Source: Phoronis australis (Eukaryota > Animalia > Phoronida). Taken from it: DNA of 64,000 bases. Location: the NCBI GenBank assembly GCA_002633005.1, contig NMRA01000557.1, forward strand, positions 143,679-207,678, given 5' to 3'. The notes beneath the pieces are model-generated. The model saw nothing but the letters and a program-made list of their open reading frames with translations, searched no databases and was not told the origin of the DNA. The position numbers were made by a program, and so were the translations under genes. This document shows positions 1-13,000 of the stretch, piece by piece (the stretch's first letter is position 1; each line of letters opens with the position of its first letter).

Positions 1-513
1 GACCATTTGTAAGCAATCAAATAATGTGCAGGACTGGTGAAATGAAATCACTGGATAGTTAAAAATTCAGAGCTATGTACGCATGAAATGAAGCAAAATA
101 GTAGTCTCGTGAATTAAAAACTAGATTTTTTAACTTGGTAGAAGTACGTACTTTGAAGTAGAAAAAACGCAGAACTAATTAGTTTGATTTTTGGGTATAC
201 ATTGATCTGCCATTAATTGGGTCACGTGACAATGAAAAAGAAAGGTAAACCAAAACAGCAGTATCAGTATCATGACCAAATTTTGTTTGATATCAACGTT
301 CAAAAATACCCGTCTGTATGTTTTTTAATAATTAAATTCGTTTGATACAAATCATTACAAATAGACCCTGTCATCTTTTGATAGTGTTGTGTAAAAGTAG
401 AACACATTAAAAAAATTTCAAACAGCGTATTAGAAACCAGTATATATGAAACATAATACCCGAAAGTTTCATATTTATCCGAGCAGCCACACAATCTTCC
501 AAAGTGAGCCGAA

Positions 514-757
514 TTTGGACATTTCTCTAGAGACCTTTACACTAAACGTTGGACATTTCTCTAGCGGGTCCTTTACACTAAACGTTGGACATTTCTCTAG
601 GGTCCTTTACACTAAACGTTGGACATTTCTCTAGGGTCCTTTACACTAAACGTTGGACATTTCTCTAGGGTCCTTTACACTAAACGTTCGACATTTCTCT
701 ATGGTCCTTTACACTAAACGTTGGACATTTCTCTAGGGTCCTTCACACTAAACGTTT
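514..757. repeat. 34-bp minisatellite, about 7 copies
   Basis: Unit TTTACACTAAACGTTGGACATTTCTCTAGGGTCC. Confidence 0.95.
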
Positions 758-910
758 CTTAATGACAGTACTTGATTCATCTTGTTTTGTCCATGCTAAT
801 GAACAGTGTGTGACATATAAGGCATAACTCCGTAGACAGCTGACTACTTAAGTCACTCAACATTTTGATCAAAAGATTCAATTTTGGACCGAAAAGAAGC
901 AAGATTTTAC

Positions 911-1018
911 CTCGGTGAAGATGACGGATATAACCCAAGCCATGTGGCGAGACTGTTCGACAACTTTCTTTGCGAATACTTCACGGGCTCTTTCCAGTTC
1001 TTGCTTTATCTCAGCATA
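911..1018 (-). CDS. RNF123: RNF123 exon 22 ([15 protein letters not shown]...[14 protein letters not shown])
   Basis: EL....VF......SR..AWV block; canonical sites. Confidence 0.9.
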
Positions 1019-4000
1019 CTGAAATCGACATCTTACGCAAGGTGACTTCAACACATCAAATGGACGGTATACATCGATGACATATTTCTAGAGTCATACA
1101 TGACCTAAATCAACTAAAACCTATCAGTATGGTGGAGTTCGACCTGTTACAAGCTAACTGTTATGACAAATCAACAATCACCCCTTCAACTCATGCACGC
1201 CCCGCATGTTAAGATCAGTAACTCATCATTGCTTTTATTTTCCTACCGATCTCATATTATGAGAATTTCATGCAGCCTCAGAGTCATTTTAAATTTTATT
1301 TTAATGCTCTTGAGAATAGCGGATGTATCAACAATCGCAATGACACGATTGGATGAAACTTTCTGTAGTTGTTTCCATACACCACAGATAGATGCATCTA
1401 GGACTTGAGAAAATTCAGCTCTCACCTGCTCATGATCCGGCTGCAGTCGCGCCATCTTCTGTTCCGTGTCGTGTAGTGAGCCGATGTACTCGCCAATAAC
1501 ATCGCGCAGACCTGCCATCTGCGAATTAATGTTAAACTTATAGGGTTTGTGACAAAGACATGGCGAGGACATGACATTCCATTTTCTTAAAACAGAGTAT
1601 TTCATTTGACACAAAAAAATTGTTTTCAACCACCTCTGCTTGCAGTCGTACACAGACTGATGGCTGAGTGTTTGAACTTTCAGCAGTAAAAAATCAACAT
1701 CATTGCCATGTTAGAGAACATAATATGATGTCATAGGTATCGAATAGAGGGCATTCATATTTTTGAAGTAAATGCCACGATTCATTGTTCTATCACATGC
1801 TTTTTTAACAAAAATATTTCCTCACATCCATCATGTTCTCAACGGAATCAATCCATTTTTACTGTTGGCATTTCATAAGATAAGCTATTTACCTTCATCA
1901 ACTGTTTGTGAGCAGATGTGTTATAGAGCAGCACTAGGCCGTCAAGAATTTCCAACAGAAATGTCATCTTGGACTTGGACTTGGCTGCAGGACTACCACT
2001 GGGCTCATCGGATATGCCCAATTTCTCCAGGGTGGCTGCGGGTAAGACGATTTAAGTTACACGTAAATAATGTCATCCCCCCACACGTGTGATTCATTTC
2101 GCAGCATCAATTATGCAAATGTGACTGCTTCAGCAGCAACTAATGATGAAGAAATGAAATTGGTATTAAGTAAGATACATACCATATGTGTGCAGGCCGA
2201 TCTGAAGGGCCCATTGGATGATTTACTGAAGAAACAAAAAATGACATGGCAAGCAATGGAAGCAACCCTCCTCCACATACCTTCGTAATCATCCACCTTC
2301 CTGGAGGTAGAAGGTAGAGACATGGTGTGTTCTTCATCCATCAGGCTCTTCTGGGCTAAAGTCACCTCACCTGGAAAATCAGACGGAGCAAAGGTCTGTA
2401 CAGATTTTTGTGATGAATGATATCTTCATATTGCTCTTAGTAACAAGAAGAGGGACATTGCACATGAAGGCTCAATGCCAATTACTAGTTAGTTTGTTAT
2501 TATTGGGGCACATTCGCTTGTGCGGTCCCTGTTGAGACGTCTGCTTCGACCGCCATTGTATTACAGTTTACACTTGATTATAGTTACATCTTTTGCTGCA
2601 CTTGAGTTTTCGTTAATCAAAGCATCACTAAGGACTGAAAGTATAACCTACTCCACAGTCTTTAATTTCCGACATTATAACAAGTACAAGCCTTTTGCCT
2701 GCACAACATTTTTCCGTAAAAGGCTGAGCTATCATAATAATAATAGACTGACTTCCAGAAGCCAAAACTTTCAATTTCTGAAATGACATTCCAAACTTTT
2801 TAAATCTTGAACAAGTGTTCAAGCTGAAGAGGGTTACAAAAAGGAAGTTTATTTTTTGACAGATAGTGTGTTGTCATACCTATCAGTGTGTTGATCACAG
2901 ATCATGTCCTAACTAACTAAAGGTTCCCAAAACGAAGAGAATGAGAAATAAATCACCAAAGCATTTTAACTCAACATTTTCAAAAGTGTCAGGTACATGG
3001 CTGTCTTACAGTAAGCTAGTTGTGCTAAATAAATGAAAATCTAAATTTCCTAAGAATTCTAAAAATCTACATTCCTTTACCTTTATTGTCTTTCCTCAGA
3101 TGTGAAATTAAGCCGCCAAGTCTTAGATGGTCGAAAAAGTCAATGCTCTCATCACAGAACCTCTTAACAGGAACATGGGGAATTTCTGAAAACACAATCA
3201 TTAAATCTGCAGTCAATGTCTGCGATCCCAAGCTTTTCCGCAGATGCACAAGATACAAATCAACTGACACAGTCAGTTATTGACATTTTCACCAAGGAAA
3301 GTGACAGTGAAGGACAAGAGATCGATTTCACAAGACTGGGATGAAAACTTATCTGCCAAGAAACAATTTTAAATTGAAATTTAAGACTAATTACCCTCAC
3401 TGTATAGATTTAAATAAAATTTTCTTACCATCACAGGACACATATTCTTAAAGAGCATTCAGACCATTTTCACATAAAAATGCTTCAAAAAATCATAAAA
3501 TTGGTCATCCTTCAAAGACATGACCACTTGAAATCACTCACGAAACCTAATTGTTCCGCACATTAATTTGTATCATAAGGGTAACTGTCTTATCGATCCA
3601 AGTCACTTGCTCACAAAGAGTGGTTTACTCACCAGCGTGGTTTCCACTTTCTTCAGCCCACAGCTGCCTGAACACAGCTAGAAAACGGTGGAAGAAACAC
3701 AATAGCACCGGCTGGGGAACATACTGCGCTAGATGTGCCTGCATACAGGACAAGAGACAATTATATTAAAAACCAGCTGTCATACTTGAAAATCAAATTC
3801 TGGCTGGCCCCAGTCTTCAGGATCCACAAATTTTAAAGCATTCTCAGCACAATAATTCTTTTCTCATTTTACTCATGAATATTTTATTTTCCTATGAACT
3901 GTTCCTATCTCATGCACCATACAATTTTCTTTCTCCTTATTTCAAGACAGCAATGTGCTCGGCTAACCATTTTTCTGCAAGGAATGTAGAACCAAATCTC

Positions 4001-7000
4001 TGTCTTAAGCTTTAAGTCACTTTTTATGCAACAGACTCCTAGAGAACTCGTGCAGCACAAACACAACATGCCATCATAAGAAACATTTATCGGATTTGAA
4101 CTACCCTGCCACTGTGTCGCTCTCTTTCTCACAGTAATCATGTGCAGTACCCTAGAAACCAGTTGCCAACACTTTAAGCTGGTAGGTGGACTACTTCAAG
4201 CTGGTAGGTCACTTGTTTGACAAACCATTAGCAAGTTTTTGCTTGATCATTAATCCTTACATTTGTATTCCTAACAAGCAAATATGAATACCTCTTACCA
4301 GGTGGGACTACACTAGGCAGTTGCCAGTCTAGAGTGACTGGACTTTGATGAGTGGCTTTATGAGTGAATAGAGAGCAAAGTAAGGTGTCAATGTTGAGCA
4401 CTACCTGTTTTTGGCAACACTTAATCTGGACACTGAGGTCAATAATTAAATCTATCCTACAAAACTGTGATTTTTATTGTTTGAATGGCAAAAATTGGTA
4501 AACTACAACAGAGGAAAAGATTAAAGTCCCATTGGAACAATTCTTTATTGATATGTCCCAGTCTCTATTGTGAAACCTAACTGAACAACATAATGGCACA
4601 CCAGTGATCTTAATAACCCAAAAGAATGCAGTCATGGATGAGGGTATAATGCTCTTACGAAATCAAGACAAACTTGCACAGACACAAGCCATGGTAAGAT
4701 GTCAAGCGATGCTAATTCAACCAAATAGACGACAGACTGATGGTAGGTTAATGGAAGTTAGGTGGTAACATCTAACACTCACCGCAGTCCTCTGAGATGA
4801 ATGGTTCTTCAAGAACTTTCTGAATTTCGTCAAAAAGATGTACCTGGAGCTGGCAGTCTGAAAATGAGCAAAATGGAGAAAGAGTGTGATCCGAAAAATA
4901 GGGATGTAGGCAGACTACGAATAGGGAGCAAAGGGGGCAGGAACAAGGATGGGAAGTCTGGAGGGAGGCTGGGAGACAGGGGGCACTAGTGAGGTGAGGG
5001 AAGGATAGAGGGAGGCAAGGGAGGGAGGGGGAGGAAGGCTGTGGATATGGAGGGTGGGCAAGGGAGGGGGAACTAGGGAGGGTGGGAGGGAGGGAAGGTG
5101 GGAGAGGAGGGATGGAGGTACGGGAACAAGTGGAATTAGAATGAGAATGCAACTCTTATACATATATATTATTAATAAGCAAATAACATATATATCCTTT
5201 CATGATCGCCGATAGTTACGATCAGGTGCCACAACCCCTTTGAAATGAACAAAGACAGGGATTGGAACATCTGTTGACTGCACATGGGATGCCTTTTTAC
5301 AGCAGAGATTTCAGGGTGCCAGAAAATCCTCATCTATTACGAATCAAAACTGCCAATGGTGAAAAAATTCTGCGTGTGTCAATTTAACAGTGATTCATAA
5401 TGATCAAGCAGTTGATGGAATAATTTCAGATTGGAAGGAAGAAAGCCAGTTCTGAAGAGAGAAAGTCATTAGACGGTTTGACAATAACCAGAAAAGCTAC
5501 TAACCATGTCCTCCTTATCATTGAGAAGTAAGAGCTTCAGTAGCTCCACCTGGAGTTTCTCTAAGACCAAAACATTGTCATGAAGACTGTCACATGACTT
5601 GTAGTACAGCCGTCGAGTCTCCGCTGACGCTTGGTCTACTGGTTTGGCAGTGTCCTCCTTCTGAGAAGAAACACGGGCGTTAATGGAGGGTAATTCCATC
5701 CTAGCAAACATGCATGGACATCTTTTAATAAACTAAACACAAGTTAAAAACTCAGGGTTTACCATGACTGCACTGATAGACACTTGCTGTGATAAAATTA
5801 AGCCGTACTGTAACAGATAAAACAACACTAAGAATATCAGCAGTGTCAGACTCACCTTCTTGGTAGGAACATCCCACCAGGGGTCAGGGATAATGCTCTC
5901 CAGGGTTGGGTCATCGGGTACTTTAACATTGAAGAAGAGGGGCATCTTGATTTTATCAAACGTGATATAGTTAAGGAGAGTCTCTCATAACCAGCTTTGT
6001 TCATCAATCGCCCATATATTCTGACCAAAGCTTCACAGTGTAAATTGTCAATCATTACTTATACGAATTTGCCATTAGGCTTGAAAATGAGTCGTTGCGT
6101 CCCAACCACATTGGTTCTGCATGTCTGACACACGCACACTCGATAAAATTGATGCAAAAACGAGTTATTACGTCCTAAACAGCAATGAACTACAATAGTT
6201 TTTGCATAATGAACAGCAGCGGAGCAAAAAGTGAGTAAGGCAGTTATAATCCTGTTTCAACATTTGAGTAAAACTTATGCTTCATATGGCAATCGGTGAA
6301 TACAGCCAAAATAGTCCTCAACGAGACAGACTGGTAGCGTATAGCCTAATCCAAAATCTGTAGAGATGTAACAATTTTGCAAATGAAGCTTAGTGCTATC
6401 AAATACATATTTTGCATGTATTTAACATGTCTTGAGGTTTGCAAGGTTTTTACATCTATGCAACACATCGAAAGCAGAAAATAGCAGCAGTACACACACA
6501 AAACAATTGGAAAAAATGACCAGTCATTTCCCATCATGATGACCAGTCATTTCCCATCATGATGGCCGAGTGATAGGAATTCACTGTCATGACAGTTGAT
6601 TGCATGAGGAGTCCACCACCAGAGAAGCTAGAATGGCCCGTTATGACCCCTACTACTCTGATGGGGTCGTAACAGGGAAACAGTAGTTTGTCTGACTACT
6701 ATTGTTGGGTTATTACAGTTGGACTATTTTCAAAAAGGATATAGTATATTCTCCAATGCATACCGGCGCGTCTTTTCATGCCTCAGCACAGCTGTAATAA
6801 GCCGGAGGTAGGTTTTCTACAAAACAACCGAGGAATATCTCCGAGTTAAACAAAATAAACATCTCATTAACTTCATTGTGGCATGGCTCACATGTTTCTA
6901 ATACAACAACAAATTTCTAAACCTCTCAATCTGTTTTTTGATTTATTTATGGTAACACCTACAGACCAAAGGCTAGAATCACGTACCTGGGGCCCATTCC

Positions 7001-10000
7001 AAGAAAACTGACTTTAAGTTAGTTAAAAGACAAATTTTAAATTTTAGCCAATTTTAAAATAAAAGTTGTCTCAAGTCCATTTCCAAAAGAGTTTTTAAGT
7101 TTGACTTGAGCTTTTGATTGAAGTTTTGCCTTAATTTTGACAAGCTTACTGGATGTGGAAGTTTTAAAGTTTGGAAGGTGAGACAAATCTTAGAGTTACA
7201 GGTAAGTCAAAAATGAATCAATACTTAGTTTCTTGGAACAGGTGTCCGGACTTTTAATTAAGGTCATGACCTCTGACTGCCAAATGAGTCCACCATACCA
7301 TAAGACTCTTACTAGTGAAACATTAGTGGTTTGTAAATTTGATTTATTAAGCTCTCGCACGGAATATAAATTTCTCCATAAAATTATATTTCAAGGCCCA
7401 AAAGCAATTCATCATAATGCCCTTGCACACTTTTATAATGACTGAGTTTATTGGATACAAGACACAATAAAATAACAAGTAGTCAATACGACTACTTAAC
7501 ACATCTATCTTTGATCTCCCTATTCTCAAAAACCTCATCGTTGGTGGTATTTTAAATTTGAAACATCTAACACATTATATTCAAATCATTTAAAAACAAA
7601 ATTCTGTCTGCAATACTTTGTCTTCTGAAAATATGGTCAGCAAAATATATCCGCTTATTAAATTGCGATGTCATTCACAAACACAACTGAAAAATAATAA
7701 AGACTTAACAAAGTCAAGTATGAGGACTACAAGGTTTTACAAGCTGGTTCACACCGGATGGAGGCACGTTGTGGCTGCAGAAGGCGAGAAAAGCACCCTG
7801 TGCGGCCACAGCGCCTTCACCACAAACTCCTGCGTTCATTCATGAAACGCATCATGACTAAGGAATTAAAATGCTTAATGAAAATGCAAACCCAAAATAC
7901 ATTCTTACAAACCTGGACAGTAAAATTCTGGTCGTCCTTGAGAAATCGAAATGCTGACAAGAGGCTAAGTATGGTATGCCCTAAGCACAGCTTGATTTCA
8001 AACTCCTGAAAGTAAAATATGAAATGTGAAAGTAATGTTCAAAATAAAGTCACTAAATTACAATATTATTATGTTTCGTAGTGTCTAACACCACATTAAA
8101 AGTTCCATTTAAAGTTACCTCAATCCTCTTGTTTAATATCTGTTTGGAAAAATCAAATCTAAGCCACTTATCCCAAGAAACTTGATCATGAAATTTGGAT
8201 TTCAATGACAAGATTCTTTTTCGCTCCCCTGAAGAACAAAGCATTAATTAACAAGGCAGTGAAAAACATTTAAGAAAACAATAAGATCTCTTCCAAAATT
8301 GACCCATTCCAACCAGTTGCATGTCATCTCCCAATTCAAACTGAATAGTGACACCAAATGCACCCATGGCAGGGCTCGACATAACGAGCTGCAGGTCGCA
8401 TTTGCGACCTGAAATTTGGAAATGCGAGCTGAGATTTTTGTCAGCTCGTATCAAGTCGCAAAATGGGACCTGGAATTTCCAAGCAATGCGAGCTGAGTTT
8501 TTACACTTCTTGGCAGATACCTGGCAAATATAAAGCAACTATAATAATTGTTAATCCGACCATTACTTGGTTGTTGCCAAATCCAAGTTCAAAAGACCAC
8601 TAACTGAGAACAGCCCTCCCGATGACTTGTAAGCACGTCGCGTGACCATGGGATATGCAGAATCGATCTTTGACGCGTTTCATTGGCTAACATTTTCGGC
8701 CACTTTTGCAAATTTCCGGATTTGCCGAAGAAAGTTTAGGGCCATATAACACATGATAAAACCCCACAAAAACAGCAGTGTTTCTATTAATTCTTAAGCG
8801 ATCAACTTATCTAACTTTGTGGTGGACAAATATGTTTGTTTTTCGCTTAAGATGCCGTTATTACATTTACCAAATATCCACGTTGGTCCCGTTGTAAGCG
8901 TGCAAGCGGTCCCGGCAAGACAATCGTGACTTAGATATGTGCGCCGAAGTGAAAACGACAACCTATTAATTCCCAAACGGCGATCACAACTTTACTTTCA
9001 GTTGCCAAGAAATTCTCAAACCCCATTACTTGTTTCTGGNGTGTCGTTTTGTGACTGACCTATTTTTCCCGTACCTGGAAGGTATTGAGCAAACTTGCCA
9101 TTACCAGATGGAAACTCGCACGGAGGGAGTCGGAATTATTTGGAGGATATTCACTTCATGGAAAACTAATTGTTGAGTACGTAAACAGCATAAGTACCAC
9201 ATTTTTGTTGTGAAATTTGCACTGAATTGATTATTCGGTTAAATCATCGTTTCACGGATTTTTTTGCGACAGACATTTTTCAAACATGTGTTAAGTTGCA
9301 AAATTTGGGCTGTGAACAAAAAGCGGAGGGAATTTGCCCTCGGAGTTAGTTTGAATCTTTAACGACTTTGATGACAGCCAGTAGCAGGTGAGACCTAGCA
9401 AAATCCCTGATACTTTTTCAACGGGCATTTTCTCCCTTTTCAAATTGCAAACTTAGCTACTCGAATGCACGTGTCTGTTAGAGAGCACTAATTCAACTCT
9501 CACGTCGGGAACTTGACTTGTGCTCTAGAGACTTTCAATGGCGGAGTAACGCCGTACCTACATGAACGAAGTCACTTTTGGGATTTGAAATTTTTTAGTA
9601 TTTAACGCGGCAGGAAAGAGCATAATCTAAACATTTTCTCGATGATCTAAAATCAATTTTGGCGCGTAAAAATGGCGGGAAAATTTGCGACCTGGCATTT
9701 ATGCATGCGAGCTGGATTTTGGAAATGCGACCTGGGATTCTGGCTAGGTCACAAAATGAGACCTGGCGATTTTAATAGCGTCGAGCCCTGCATGGCAATA
9801 ACATAAATTATGTTTAAATTCCCCATGCTACGTCCACAGACACAAGTTGAAAATAAGTAAAAATGGAAGAAAGAATAAAGCAAAAAATCAGTCAATTATA
9901 ACACATTAGCAAAACATTTGCGGTCCAACGGGTAGTAGATTGATATTTGATGTGATAGTATTCATATTTTGTGAGACATAGATAAGTAACTGATAGTCTG

Positions 10001-13000
10001 TGGTTTGGTGTTAACCGATCTTAATTACATTTTAATGAGCAGTTGAAACAATGTTTTGCATAGAACAATTTTTTCATTGCAGACATGTTTAGTGCGAGTG
10101 TGAAAGCGGATTTAAATTTAAAAACACCTGGACATTCAACATTCGCTGCATACCTGTAAGAAAGTCCACAGTGAGGAGAGAAAGACTTCGACAAACTTTT
10201 CACCGAAACTGCGCTCGCTTGTCGTGTGAAATTTCAACAGGAGTGCAATCAGGTAGCGGTCAACAATATATGGACTTTTCTGGAAAAAAGTAAAAATGCA
10301 ACACATTTTATACAAAACGAAGAAAGTAGAGGCATAAGTTGACTTTTTGTAAAATTTTCAGTGTAGTTACTGGAATACCAGTTTCTTGAAATAAAAGAAC
10401 CTGTTTCTGCAGAAGTCTGACAAATTATAACATTTTTGAGACAAGTAGAATTCTGACCACCTGCATAAATTACACAGAATAACAGAAATAGAGGTTGGAT
10501 GCAACACCGTGTATTTAAACTTTGATTAAAGCGTCATTCAAACAAAACAAGTTTTAATTTAGGTCACTTACTGTTATGAAATTGATCTGAAATTGTTTCT
10601 TGGTGATAATAGAAGAGGTTTCTGCACGAAATAGGAACCAACACATGTTTTTAGACCAAGCTCATGAAATTTTAGACCCGTCAGTAGTATGAAATTTTGT
10701 CTGCTTGGTCTTTCAACAAAAATAACAAACTGCAAGTTCTTTCCGAAAACATGCATCACTTCTAAACCGAGTAAGGAACAAAACAAGACCAATTTTATAA
10801 TAGAGAGAGGCCAAAATCAACACTTGGGTTTTTCGACAGCATCTAACGAGTCAATTCAAATTTGACAGCAATGTTCTGCAATAGCCTTAAAAGTTCCACG
10901 GTATTTCAAGAGAAGTCTAGCATGAAGTAAGTCAACGTTTTGTAAATTTGAAGGAGTTCTCCAAAACTATCAAAACGGTATTCATATAGTCATTTGGCGA
11001 CAGCCACTGACTGGAGTGTGATAAATGACAACAACCTCCAAGCAAATGATTGGCTGCATTATTCTTTGCCATTGACTTAAGCACTTCACCTTTAAAGCTT
11101 GATAGAAACAATCACAGCCACTGAATGTAGAATGAAAATTGACAGAGTCAAGGACTTCTGTGGCAATATGCCACTGGAAAGCTCATTTAACATTTTACGC
11201 TTCAGAGAGAAAATTTGTCATGTAAGATAAATGTCAACAACACTTACAAGCAAGGGGGCAAGTTTATGAAATATGTGCGCTGAGATGATTGCATGGGCGC
11301 ATTTGGCAGAGTAGGTTTTGTGGGAATATTTCACTGTCTTTGATGGCGACTCGTACATCTCTCCCTGCAACACAAAAGACATGCTTCAAATTTTAAGACC
11401 TGGGCTCAAAAATTCTGCATCTGTCTACTATATACAAAGACAATAAATTACTTCCTTCAAATTGCATTCCTTCCAGTTAAGTTGTTCAAAGTAACAAAAT
11501 CAAAACAGACCGGTATGGAAATCTTCCTAGCCATGATTAAACATCACCTCATGTCCCTTAAAGAACATTCACTTATAAAATGCTTCAGTGAACCAAAGAG
11601 CTCACCAGCAGTTCCTAATTTTGTCCAATTGAATTCAGTTGAAGCTCATAACTCAATAACTTACTGAACATTGACGTGAATACAAAGACTGGCAACAAAA
11701 CAACCTAATTTGTCTCTCTGTTCATTCTGCCTCAGTTCATGTTGTCTCTTTGTGTGTGTGATAGGTTGTTTCTATTGCTCACCTTACTGGTGATTTTTCT
11801 TTACATTGGTGATGTTTTGAGTACAAATGAAATGTGTGCTGTGTGTTTGTGTGTGTGTGTGTGTATGTGCCTGCCTGTGTGTGTATAAACTATATTTTAA
11901 GTGTGACACCGATTTATACCAAAAAGCTCGTTATTTACTTCAACTTAAAATCAAGCTTGTCAAAATGGAAGCATGTTGCAAACTCATTGCTTTAGCATTG
12001 CAGCAGACATGCACCCGCCCAGACATGCACCCATCCAGACATGTACCCACCCAGACATGCACCCATCCAGACATGGCACCCCACATCTCTAACACCTCGA
12101 GCATTTCAATATCCATCCAAGAAGTGTTCCTTAACTGTCATGAAACAAATGCCATTCACACAAAGAGCAGGGATATTCCTGATCACATTTTGAACCTGTG
12201 CCCTTTGGGTTCATCTGATGATAAAAAGTGTACCTTTTTTAAAAATTAATGTCCCTCACTTTGTGTAGCTAAAGTGGTAACATAAAAAACAGAAACGCCA
12301 AGGACACTGGAAATAAGGAGAGTCATATTTTACCCGACTGGCTGTAATTTTAAAGAAATGTTGCGATTTGAATGCACCCGGGGGGTGTACTGCTGCAATG
12401 TACTTTCATCTTTTTACTTTTTTATTTGCTAATTGCACAAAGGTGCAGTCCAGGAATATCTCTGAGAGAGGCAACTGTTAAGAGCTTTTTATTGTGTGTA
12501 AAACAACATGAATTTCTGTAGGTTTCAGGACACAAGGACAGTAACAACTTCAGATAAGTAAATCTAAGACTTCTCTGTGAATGTCAGAGCTCACGTTTGC
12601 AGGTGCAAACAAGAAACAGGCCCAAGGATAACAGCCGAAAGGTTTTAGGATAGCATTATCTCTGCAGAAGTCTGGATACGTAAAGGTTTTTAACCCTTAT
12701 CCTGCGCAAGGCGAGGTCAGCCGACATGCCAATTATCCTATTAAAATGCGTTGGGTGTACTCAATCGACTATAATAAGTTACAGCTGGGCTGCGCTAGGA
12801 GAGTGCACTCACCCCAGGACACTAGTGATTTTCATTCAGAAATTGTAAGAGCCCTGGAATGTTGTTTAGATATGTGACCACCAGCATTCCATACATCACA
12901 GTTTCCTCTACAGTTCTCCAATTTAAACCATATGGCTGTGATTACTAGTTTGGGAGATATTGGCAGGTTTATGTAAGTGTAGACATATAGTTTCATTATA

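Noticed and set aside
514-757. 34-bp repeats resembling a CRISPR array
   Set aside because: Units are head-to-tail with no unique spacers, there are no cas genes, and the repeat lies in a eukaryotic intron
2183-2225. Exon-like segment with good splice sites in RNF123
   Set aside because: 43 nt would shift the frame; exons 19 and 20 already join in phase 1
4772-5163. Pro/Ser-rich ORFs
   Set aside because: Translation of the polypurine tract; only 4783-4857 is coding, in another frame
8119-8228. Exon-like segment (cag...GTAACT) in RNF123
   Set aside because: 110 nt breaks the phase 0/0 join of exons 11 and 12 and shows no RNF123 similarity
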